Shown in pieces: positions 8,622 through 17,062 of a stretch of DNA of 64,000 nucleotides. The stretch lies in assembly GCA_963823665.1 (NCBI GenBank), contig CAWGMQ010000010.1:1024001-1088000 (forward strand). Reading direction: 5' to 3'. Under the pieces are notes generated by a model that searched no databases, was not told where the DNA came from, and worked only from the letters and a program-made list of their open reading frames with translations. This DNA is from an uncultured Planctomycetota bacterium (GTDB lineage Bacteria > Planctomycetota > Planctomycetia > Isosphaerales > Isosphaeraceae). The number at the start of each line of letters is the position of its first letter. Position 1 is the stretch's first letter. The position numbers and the translations under genes were made by a program.

Positions 8622-10781
8622 ATGAGACGAAGACCTCGCCCGGGCGCTCGCAAAAAGAACGCCATCCGCGCGCCGCGCCGATTTCTGGGCGACGTGACCG
8701 GTCTCGAGAAAAAGCCGCTCCGCACCGGCATGGCCCTTGACAGCGTGGGCCTCAATTTCATCGCTGCTCATGAGCTGGGGCCTGCCGGTGACCAGGCCGG
8801 CACGTTTACCGAAACCCCCGCGGGACCGAGCGGGGGTTTTGCGCAGGAGCCATACACGAACCCCGCCGGCAACGCCGCGATCGGATATGGCCATCTTCTG
8901 CACGACGGCAATGTCGATGCCACGGACCATGCAAACTATCCAACCCCAATCGATCAGGCGCAGGCCACTGCGCTCCTGACCGGCGACACGGCGAAGGCCG
9001 TCGCCGCCGTTAACAGCGACGTCAAGATCGTTTTGACCCAGGATCAATTCGATGCAATCGTCGACTTCGCCTACAACGAGGGGACCGGCGTCTTCGAGAA
9101 GTCGGCCCTGCTCAAGGATCTCAACGACGACGATCTCGGAAAGGTGCCGGCCCAGCTCGAGCGATGGGTTTACGGCGCGGTCGGTGGCAATGAAGGGGTG
9201 ATTCCCGGCCTGGTCAACCGGCGAAATGACGAATCCAACTTGTTTGAGGGACACATCAACAATGATAAGACAGGTGACGGCCCGGCCACCGGTTTCTCGC
9301 CAGGCCACCCCGGGAACACGTTCGGCGGTATCCACAACCGAGGCTGCAGTCCGGGCAGCGGTGAAACGGGCACCGGCGGCGGCGCCGGCAATATCGGCGG
9401 CGGTGGATTTCACACGGGCGTTGGCGGCGGCGCCATCACGCCGATCAATAGCACACTCGCGCTCAGGTATCTCAATTCTCTCGCGGGCTATACAACGTGC
9501 GACGGCTATTCACCGTTCAGCAACGGGGCATTGTACAACGGGGCATCGCCGTACGCCGGCAGCACGCCTGTTAATGGCAGCTCTGCCCCTTATGGGACGT
9601 CGCCGTTCTGCTATTCGTCGCCCAGCGGAGCCTCGCCGTACAACGATTATTACTCCGTGACCGGCAGCCCCGGCGGCGGAGGCGGCACAGGTGGCAGTGG
9701 AACCGCTGGTGGCGGCGGCGGGACGCACGGCGGCGGTGGTACGGTTGGCGGCGGAGGCGGCACGGGTGGTGGTGGGACCGTTGGCGGCGGAGGGGGGACG
9801 TTCGGCGGCGGCACAGTCGGTGGTGGTACGGTTGGCGGCGGAGGCGGCACGGGTGGTGGTGGGACCGTTGGAGGAGGAGGCGGCACGGGTGGCGGCGGGC
9901 CCACCGGAGGAGGAGGAGGTACTGGTGGCGGGGGCGGCACCGGCGGCGGTGGAGGAAATACAGGCGGCGGTGGCGGAAATACAGGCGGCGGTGGCGGAAA
10001 TACAGGCGGCGGTGGAGGAGGCGACACCGGAGGTGGCGGCGGTGGGGACACCGGAGGTGGCGGTGGAGGAGACTCCGGCGGTGGCGGTGGCAGTGATGTC
10101 ATTGCCTATGGCGCCGGCGCCATGACTCGTGCCGTGGTTGGGCAAGTCCAGCAAGCTGCCGCCGGGGTCACCCCGTACGGCGGGGGAGGGGGGGTCGTCC
10201 CCGCCGGCACCGCGGATGGCGGCTTGAAGTTTAGCCGAGGCCTCCTCGAGGATCACGGCGGAGGCGGAGGCGGCATGATGCACGACGGCGGCATGCGCGG
10301 CGCCCAGGGAACCGGCGATTTCGCACACGGCTTCAGCTCGGAAGGCTTCTGGCTGGACACGAACGGCACCGCGACTCTTCTCACGCCGGGTTACGCGGCC
10401 TCCACCAGCAACGCGGACTTGAATGCGATCACCCCGATTTCACCTGAGATCTCAAACCCGCCGAGCTCGACGTCGATGGCCATGAGTTCTGCCGAGCTGC
10501 ACGACGAGCCTGGCGTCTCGAGCCACGGAACAGATGAAGTTGTGTCCAACGATGATCGATCAACCGCCGGCGAGGGCAAGCTGCCGACCGAAGACAACGG
10601 CTCCACGACGGGCGAGGGTGACCCATCGGCGGAGGACAGTCTTCTGGCGGCAGGCGAGCGCCGTTCAGGAAACGAGGGCGATCCGCTCACGTCGCTCGAA
10701 CACACAGAATCGGTCACGCCTGATCACGTTTCACCGGCCGTGGACGCGGCGCTCAAACAGAATTCTGCGAGATCGGCTTGA
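8622..10781 (+). CDS. Secreted protein: Arg-rich planctomycete-type N-terminus, GH24 (phage lysozyme-like) domain, Tyr/Ser/Pro-rich segment, long Gly-rich tract and acidic tail
   Basis: RBS GGAGAG before ATG 8622. GH24 motifs GLNFIAAHE...IGYGHLL...LTQDQFDAIVDFAYNEG...LERWVY...GLVNRRNDESNLF; GGGGT repeats. Confidence 0.8.
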   Translation: MRRRPRPGARKKNAIRAPRRFLGDVTGLEKKPLRTGMALDSVGLNFIAAHELGPAGDQAGTFTETPAGPSGGFAQEPYTNPAGNAAIGYGHLLHDGNVDATDHANYPTPIDQAQATALLTGDTAKAVAAVNSDVKIVLTQDQFDAIVDFAYNEGTGVFEKSALLKDLNDDDLGKVPAQLERWVYGAVGGNEGVIPGLVNRRNDESNLFEGHINNDKTGDGPATGFSPGHPGNTFGGIHNRGCSPGSGETGTGGGAGNIGGGGFHTGVGGGAITPINSTLALRYLNSLAGYTTCDGYSPFSNGALYNGASPYAGSTPVNGSSAPYGTSPFCYSSPSGASPYNDYYSVTGSPGGGGGTGGSGTAGGGGGTHGGGGTVGGGGGTGGGGTVGGGGGTFGGGTVGGGTVGGGGGTGGGGTVGGGGGTGGGGPTGGGGGTGGGGGTGGGGGNTGGGGGNTGGGGGNTGGGGGGDTGGGGGGDTGGGGGGDSGGGGGSDVIAYGAGAMTRAVVGQVQQAAAGVTPYGGGGGVVPAGTADGGLKFSRGLLEDHGGGGGGMMHDGGMRGAQGTGDFAHGFSSEGFWLDTNGTATLLTPGYAASTSNADLNAITPISPEISNPPSSTSMAMSSAELHDEPGVSSHGTDEVVSNDDRSTAGEGKLPTEDNGSTTGEGDPSAEDSLLAAGERRSGNEGDPLTSLEHTESVTPDHVSPAVDAALKQNSARSA
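9672..10093 (+). repeat. Coding low-complexity repeat encoding (GGGG[T/NT/DT/TV])n
   Basis: Repeated GGCGGCGGT/GGAGGC codon runs, e.g. GGAAATACAGGCGGCGGTGG three times. Confidence 0.85.
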
Positions 10782-10803
10782 TCGTCGAGAAAAGGGCGCG
10801 ACC

Positions 10804-13164
10804 GTGATTTCGACCAAAGACCTCTTTGCACATGCGACGGAGATGCACCGGGCCGGGAGAATCGATGTTGCGCTGACGTCGTTCATGAAGATCGTCGCAC
10901 GCGAGCCAGCGAATCCCGAGGCGCTTTACTGGATTGGCTGCATTCACAACCAGCGTGCCGAGTACGATCGTGCGGTCGAGGTTCTCAAGCGGGCGATCGT
11001 GGAACGCCCGGGCGTGCCGTCGTTCCATGTCGCGCTGGCCGAATCGTGCAGGAACCTCGGCGGGCTCAAGCGAGCGGCCGGCTGCTGCCGTACGGCGCTG
11101 AAGCTCAAGCCGGACTACCCCGAGGCACTGTGCACACTTGGTCTGGTGCTCCAGGCGCTCGGCCGTCCCGGTGAGGCGGCCGATCAGTTCCGGCGTGCGC
11201 TCGAGCTGCGGCCTGATTTCGCGCAGGCTCACCGGGATCTCGCGATGGTGCTTCGGGAGCTGGGCCATCGGGACCAGGCGATTGAACACCTGCGCTGCGC
11301 GGTTGACCTGGCGCCCAGGTACGCGGCGGCGCGGAGCGGCCTCTGCCTGATGCTGCTCGACTGTGGCGAGCCCGATGAGGCCTTGATCCACGGCCAGGAG
11401 GCGGTCCGGCTTCAGCCCGACCTGGCGGTCCATCATCACAATCTCGGAAACGTGCTCGAACGCCTCGACCGGCCGGACGAGGCGCGCGGCGCCTTTCTGG
11501 AAGCGCTGCGACTTGACCCGGAGCTGGCGCACAGCCATTTGCAGGTCGGAATGAACCTGAGGGCTCGAGGGCAGCTCGTGGAGGCGGAGCCGTGGTTCAA
11601 GCAGGCACTTGAGATCAATCCCGAGAACGCCTGGTTCTGGGAACAGCTTGCAGACCTCGAGCTGGAGCGTCAGGAGCACGCTGCGGCGATCCCGTGCTGG
11701 GAGCGAGCGATCGAGCTATCGGCGAAGGAGCGGGCGGGCCCGTACATCAGCCTGGGCTGGTCGCTTCACGAGGAGGGGCGGCTTACCGAGGCTTTTGAGC
11801 GGTACCGGACGGCGCTTCGGTTGCAGCCGGAGGCTGTGATGGCCCACATCAACATGGGAGGAATCTACGAGGAGCTCGGAGACATGGCGGCGGCGGAGGC
11901 CGCCTACCGCGCGGCGGTGGCAATCCAACCGAATTTCGGCCTCGCGTACGCCAGGCTAGCAACACTCTTGCGCGGTCGATTGCCCGCCCCCGACCGCGCC
12001 GCGATGGAAGAGCGATTGGCCGATCCGGAGACGAACCCATCGGCGCGGACGCGGCTGCTTTTCGCCCTCGGCCTTGTGCTGGACGCCGATGGTGAGTACG
12101 GGCGCGCCGCATTGTGCGCGCGGCAGGCCAACGCGCTCAACATGGAGCGAGAGCGACGGGCCCGCGGCTACACACCCCCTCTGCACGTGCAGTACGTGGA
12201 CGGTGTGATCAACGGGTTCACGCCCGCGTTTTTCGAGCGGGCGGCCGGTGGGGGATCAGATGACATCCGCCTGGTGTTCGTATTCGGTTTGCCGCGCTCG
12301 GGCACCACGCTCGTCGAGCAAATCCTCGCCAGCCATTCGCGCGTCCTGGGAGCAGGCGAGCTGAAGCTTGTCCGCCAGTCGTTTGATGCGATCCCGACAG
12401 TTCTCGAGAGCCCTGGCAGTGCGATCGAGGGCATCAAAGAGCTCGATGCAATCGCGGTCGAGCGACTGGCCGCGCAGCATCTGGCGCGGCTCGAAAGGCT
12501 GGTCGAGAATCGCCCCGCCGCGCGGATCGTCGACAAGATGCCGGACAATTATATCTATTTGGGGCTCATCGCGGCCATGTTTCCCCGGGCCGTTTTCATT
12601 CACTGCCGGCGCGATCTCCGGGATGTTGCACTGTCGACGTGGCTCACCGATTTCCGGCCCGAGAACATCCCCTGGGCCAGCGAACCCACTTACATAGGCT
12701 CGCGTTTTGAACAGTATCTGCGGCTCTTGGACCACTGGCGAAGCGTCATGCCGGCAAAGATCCACGAGGTGAATTACGAGGAAACGGTAGCGGACCTCGA
12801 AGGGGCCGCGAGGCGCCTGACGGAGGCGTGCGGCCTCGAATTCGAGCCACGGTGCCTGGACTTCCATCGCACGGAACGACGCGTCAAGACCGCGAGTCTT
12901 GGCCAGGTGCGTCAGCCAATTTATACGCACTCAGTCGGCCGATGGCGGAACTATGTCCCCGAGCTGGATGACCTGTTCCGGGCGATCCCGGCCGCAGCGC
13001 CCTGCACGGAATCGGCGAGCAATGGCCAGATCGATCAAGGATCGGTCATATCGCGATCCGGCAGTGCTCCGGAGCATCGAATGCCGGATGAGGTTCTCCC
13101 ACGCGACTTTTCTCAGGGTCGCCGGACGAAGGCCCCGCAAAGCCTCGAAACGCATGAGGTGTAA
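10804..13164 (+). CDS. TPR-repeat-containing PAPS-dependent sulfotransferase
   Basis: About 12 TPRs, then 5'-PSB loop FVFGLPRSGTTLVEQILASH, IVDKMPDNY, 3'-PB HCRRDLRDVALS and VKTASLGQVRQPIYTHSVGRW. The GTG start at 10804 is inferred. Confidence 0.9.
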   Translation: MISTKDLFAHATEMHRAGRIDVALTSFMKIVAREPANPEALYWIGCIHNQRAEYDRAVEVLKRAIVERPGVPSFHVALAESCRNLGGLKRAAGCCRTALKLKPDYPEALCTLGLVLQALGRPGEAADQFRRALELRPDFAQAHRDLAMVLRELGHRDQAIEHLRCAVDLAPRYAAARSGLCLMLLDCGEPDEALIHGQEAVRLQPDLAVHHHNLGNVLERLDRPDEARGAFLEALRLDPELAHSHLQVGMNLRARGQLVEAEPWFKQALEINPENAWFWEQLADLELERQEHAAAIPCWERAIELSAKERAGPYISLGWSLHEEGRLTEAFERYRTALRLQPEAVMAHINMGGIYEELGDMAAAEAAYRAAVAIQPNFGLAYARLATLLRGRLPAPDRAAMEERLADPETNPSARTRLLFALGLVLDADGEYGRAALCARQANALNMERERRARGYTPPLHVQYVDGVINGFTPAFFERAAGGGSDDIRLVFVFGLPRSGTTLVEQILASHSRVLGAGELKLVRQSFDAIPTVLESPGSAIEGIKELDAIAVERLAAQHLARLERLVENRPAARIVDKMPDNYIYLGLIAAMFPRAVFIHCRRDLRDVALSTWLTDFRPENIPWASEPTYIGSRFEQYLRLLDHWRSVMPAKIHEVNYEETVADLEGAARRLTEACGLEFEPRCLDFHRTERRVKTASLGQVRQPIYTHSVGRWRNYVPELDDLFRAIPAAAPCTESASNGQIDQGSVISRSGSAPEHRMPDEVLPRDFSQGRRTKAPQSLETHEV

Positions 13165-13168
13165 TACC

Positions 13169-15820
13169 ATGTCGAGGAGATCGCGCGGCAGTCGGCATCT
13201 GGTCCATCGCTTCCGTGCCGGCATCGAGCTGTTCGAGGGGCGGACGCTGCTTTCGGTCACCGCGAGCGCATTCAGCGAGAATGTGCTCGCGAACATGCCA
13301 TCCACGATCGAGCTGGGCCCCTACGTCGCCGACAGCGACCCGGGTGCGGCCTTGACGTTCGAGCTCGTCTCGACGACCACGAGCGACGGCGGCGCCGTCA
13401 GCGTGAACGCGGCGACCGGGCTCGTCAACTATACGCCGGCCGCCCTTTCGCCACCAACCGACTCGTTTGAGTATAGTGCCCGTGACTCCGACGGCGATTC
13501 TTCGAGCACGGTGACGGTCACGCTCAACCTGTCGTCACTGGCTGCCAACCCCGTCATCGTCAGCGAGGTCGAGGCGCAATCAACGATCGGACTCTCGATC
13601 GTGAATCTGCCGGGTGCCGTGCAGGATAGCGCGAGCAAACCGGCTTACACGTTCTCAAACGCTCTGGTCGCAAACGGCGCCGGCGGTACGGTGAGCCTGA
13701 CCGACACCAAAGAGGGCGCGTTCACATACACACCACCGAGCCCGAGCTTCACGGGAAATGTGATCATCTCCTACCAGGTCGCGGATGGAACGGGGACCGA
13801 AAGCTCCACAGTGCAGATCGACATCGGCCCGATTGCCGCCGACCCCGTCGTCTGGGGCACTCTCTCGAGCTCGAATGCGACGATTCCGTCGACCAATGTT
13901 CCAAGCTTGGTCGATCGAATCCATGATGTCAGCACACACCCGACTTATACATTTTCCAGTTCGATGATCCCTGCCGGAGAGGGAACGATCTCGAACTTGA
14001 ACCCGGCGACGGGGGCCTTCACGTATACTGCGCCCGACTCGACATTCAGCGGAGTGGTGCCGGTGCAGTATTCGGTGAGCAACGGCACGAATTCGACTTC
14101 GGGAAGCGTGACGATCGTTGTCGCGCCGCTGGTAACCCAACCGGTCACGGTCACCGAGCTGGATCATCAGACGAGCGTCTCGCTCGAGATCTTGAACCTG
14201 ACGGGAGCCGTGCAGGATTCTTCGAGCAGCCCCACGTACTCTTTCTCGAACCTGAGGATTGTCGACGGTGGGGGCTCGGTCGCTGCGGGGGGCTTCACCG
14301 ATACCACGACGGGGACCTTCACCTACAATCTGCCCGGCTCGGCAACGCCGCACCCGGTGCACATCGGATACACGGTCAGCGACGGCACGAACACGGCCAA
14401 CGGGGTTGTGACCATCCAGCTCGTGGGCATCGAGGTCAGCGCCGCGAATTTCGCGGTTCTGGAGAACACCCCGTCGAGCCTTCCCGCGCTTGTGGGCCGG
14501 ATTGTTGATGTCAACAGCACGCCGGCGTTCACATTTTCGAGCCCGTCGGTCCCCCTGGGTGACGGCACGGTCGTGTTCACGGACACGGCCAAAGGCGTCC
14601 TGAGCTACAGTCCCCCGGGTCCGACGTTCACGGGCACCTTTCCAGTTCAATACACCGTGAGCGACGGGACGAACGCGACGACCGGTGTGCTCAATCTGTC
14701 GGTGGCGGCGCTGGTCACGAGTCCGTTGCTCATTCCGTCGGCGTTGCAGACCGGGCCGACCGACGTGCCCAGTCTGGTGGCGAGTGGACACGTGGAGGAC
14801 GTCGCGGGCAGTCCAGTGTACACCTTCTCGAACTTGATGGTCGCGCCGGGCGACGGCACGGTGAAGCTCACGAATGCGGCTTCCGGCGCGTTCACGTACA
14901 CGCCCCCTTCCGACTCGTTTTTCGGCGTTGTGCAGGTGAGCTATACCGTCACAGACGGTGCGCTGCACTCCGCGAGCGGAAGCGTGGTCATCAATGTCGA
15001 AGAAACGATTCGCCCGGCTAGTGACGGCCCGCTTGCGGCGGTCGCGGGCCGCGCGTTCGTGATTCCCGCGGCCGAGCTCCTGCGGAACGACGTCGCTTCT
15101 CCCAACGGCCTGAAGCCTTCGATCGGCGCCGTGGGCGAGGCGACGAACGGGAAGGTGGTGCTGAACGCCGACGGGTCCGTCACATTCACCCCGACAACCG
15201 CGGGCCCGGCGAGCTTTGAATACGAGGACACCGACGCCGACCACGACGCCAGCCTCGCGGCGACGGTGAGACTGAGCGTCAAGATCGAGCCCACGATCTA
15301 CTGGAGCGATCCCGGAGACATCGTCCACGGCACGCCGCTTTCCGGAACGCAGCTCGATGCCTTCGCGAGCGTACCGGGATCGTTCACGTACAGCCCGCAG
15401 GCGCGCGCGATCCTGCCGGTCGGCAACGGTCAAACTCTTTCTGTCAACTTCACGCCTTTCGACACCACGGATTTCACGGGAGCCTCTGCCGCAGTCATCA
15501 TCAACGTCCGACCGGCCCCGCCCCCGGGCCTGTCAGTCCTGACGCATTCGTTCTCCGGCCGGCACAGAAGGAGCATCGGAGGCGCTATCGCGCAGCTTAA
15601 AACGACCTTGTCAAAGCCGAATGCAGCCTATTACAGCGCACTGGTCAACTGGGGTGACGGGGCTGTCGCCCGCGGCAAGCTTGTCAAGTCGGGTCGACAC
15701 GGCTTCAAGGTGAACGCGACTCATGTTTACCGCGTCGCCGGGACGTATCGTGCCACTTTGACGATCTCCGATCCGCTGGGGGATAGCGTGACCGAGCCGT
15801 TTACGGTTTTTGTGCACTGA
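13169..15820 (+). CDS. Secreted surface protein with tandem ~95-100 aa Ig/cadherin-like repeats, an MBG-like domain and a PKD-like C-terminal domain
   Basis: N-terminus MSRRSRGSRH...IELFEGRTLLS (planctomycete extracellular-type motif). Repeated GAFTYTPP...Y.VSDGT; C-terminal VNWGDG...HVYRVAGTY. Confidence 0.85.
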   Translation: MSRRSRGSRHLVHRFRAGIELFEGRTLLSVTASAFSENVLANMPSTIELGPYVADSDPGAALTFELVSTTTSDGGAVSVNAATGLVNYTPAALSPPTDSFEYSARDSDGDSSSTVTVTLNLSSLAANPVIVSEVEAQSTIGLSIVNLPGAVQDSASKPAYTFSNALVANGAGGTVSLTDTKEGAFTYTPPSPSFTGNVIISYQVADGTGTESSTVQIDIGPIAADPVVWGTLSSSNATIPSTNVPSLVDRIHDVSTHPTYTFSSSMIPAGEGTISNLNPATGAFTYTAPDSTFSGVVPVQYSVSNGTNSTSGSVTIVVAPLVTQPVTVTELDHQTSVSLEILNLTGAVQDSSSSPTYSFSNLRIVDGGGSVAAGGFTDTTTGTFTYNLPGSATPHPVHIGYTVSDGTNTANGVVTIQLVGIEVSAANFAVLENTPSSLPALVGRIVDVNSTPAFTFSSPSVPLGDGTVVFTDTAKGVLSYSPPGPTFTGTFPVQYTVSDGTNATTGVLNLSVAALVTSPLLIPSALQTGPTDVPSLVASGHVEDVAGSPVYTFSNLMVAPGDGTVKLTNAASGAFTYTPPSDSFFGVVQVSYTVTDGALHSASGSVVINVEETIRPASDGPLAAVAGRAFVIPAAELLRNDVASPNGLKPSIGAVGEATNGKVVLNADGSVTFTPTTAGPASFEYEDTDADHDASLAATVRLSVKIEPTIYWSDPGDIVHGTPLSGTQLDAFASVPGSFTYSPQARAILPVGNGQTLSVNFTPFDTTDFTGASAAVIINVRPAPPPGLSVLTHSFSGRHRRSIGGAIAQLKTTLSKPNAAYYSALVNWGDGAVARGKLVKSGRHGFKVNATHVYRVAGTYRATLTISDPLGDSVTEPFTVFVH

Positions 15821-15991
15821 GCGGAGTGTAACGACGGGGCGGCCTTCCAGTTCTGCTGTTTTCGGGAAAACTAGCGATTGGTCGTCCCGCACCTGATACA
15901 ATCTTGGTCAGACGAGTTCACCATGGCTGACCGCGGGGCTGAATCCCGCGTCGGCGTAGCAATGCCGCTATCGGGCCAATCGAGGATAGAG

Positions 15992-16924
15992 ATGGCAAAT
16001 CAACCGTCGAGTGTCAAGAACCAGGTCGGTCCGTTTGTTGCGGGCTCAACCATGAGCGACTTGATCGCCTTGGCCAGGATCGAGAACTTCGGCCTGCGCG
16101 TAGTCAACGCCCCGGAACAACTGCGCGACCCGGTCCGACAGCGCTACCAGGATCTGAAGGGGGCAGCCAGAGAGTATTTCTGCGACGACGACCAGTCCGC
16201 GTCGTTGCTGTTGCAGAAGACGGGCGACTCGGAATACATACCCGATTTCATTCAGTACGTGTACTGTTGGCTCGTTGAGGACCGCCTCTGCGGATTGATC
16301 CTCTCCGGCGTGAGCACGGACGTGGGGAATCACGAGCAGATCGACGGGCAAGAGAGTGCCTTCTGGGATCAATCGGCCGAGATTGCCCAGGCGCTTTCGA
16401 GCAAATACACTCAGAGCCCGGCTGCGCTCGTGAACTATTTCAATTTCACCGTGTACCCCGGGCTTCCGAGAGTTCCGGGCATCGATCCGCAGGGCGTCTT
16501 TTCGGCATTCCCGCGACTGGTGAAGAGCGAAGACGGTCACGAGCCGCCCGCGAGAATCGAAACGCACTACTGGGGCCCTGCCGTCTTGCTGCCTTCCGAC
16601 AGGGAGATTGGAGCGGAGGTTGCCACCACTGCCGCGCATACCAGCGAAGCGGCGCGGCGAATATGCTGCAACGAACAGTGGATCGTCGTATGTCTTCACG
16701 CTGTGGAGCGGTATGTGCGCACGATTGAGTCGCTGCACGTCTACACGAAGCTGATTTACATTTCCCGGGAGGTGATGGACGAGCTGGGCCGGAAGTTGAT
16801 TGCCCAGCGGGGCGCACAGGTGGAGGCCGAGGCCCGCGCCGAGATCGAGCGTTTCAAGCAATCGCGCTTCAAGTCCGAGGAGGAGAAGCAAGCGCGCATC
16901 TCGAAATTGTCCCAGATACTCTGA
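15992..16924 (+). CDS. Hypothetical protein
   Basis: Long ORF (15878..16924) with protein-like composition and a C-terminal coiled-coil-like segment. The start is uncertain (15923 or 15992). Confidence 0.7.
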   Translation: MANQPSSVKNQVGPFVAGSTMSDLIALARIENFGLRVVNAPEQLRDPVRQRYQDLKGAAREYFCDDDQSASLLLQKTGDSEYIPDFIQYVYCWLVEDRLCGLILSGVSTDVGNHEQIDGQESAFWDQSAEIAQALSSKYTQSPAALVNYFNFTVYPGLPRVPGIDPQGVFSAFPRLVKSEDGHEPPARIETHYWGPAVLLPSDREIGAEVATTAAHTSEAARRICCNEQWIVVCLHAVERYVRTIESLHVYTKLIYISREVMDELGRKLIAQRGAQVEAEARAEIERFKQSRFKSEEEKQARISKLSQIL

Positions 16925-16969
16925 AATGAATGCAGGCTCGCGGCGGCGGCGTTTACAGTGAAGCGTGAA

Positions 16970-17013
16970 GTAGGTCAGGCTTTAGCCTGACGATTGTGTA
17001 GGTCAGGCCTGAC
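16970..17013 (+). repeat. Two tandem GTAG-type REP-like palindromes
   Basis: GTAGGTCAGGCTTTAGCCTGAC (16970-16991) and a shortened GTAGGTCAGGCCTGAC (16998-17013), between convergent genes. Confidence 0.75.
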
Positions 17014-17062
17014 TCCTCGCTCGAGCGCTGTCCTTCTCATGGAATTGCTGCTGCGGCTGCAC

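Noticed and set aside
8622..9250. Prophage lysis cassette
   Set aside because: No holin, spanin, structural or integrase genes are nearby, and the domain is embedded in a host-type secreted protein.
9650..10102. Minus-strand poly-proline ORF
   Set aside because: It is the antisense shadow of the Gly-rich tract in the 8622-10781 gene.
13655..15433. Long antisense ORFs (this one, also 48602..50116, 28135..29508, 8070..9413, 59986..60993)
   Set aside because: They are shadows of well-supported genes on the opposite strand in high-GC DNA and carry no recognisable motifs.
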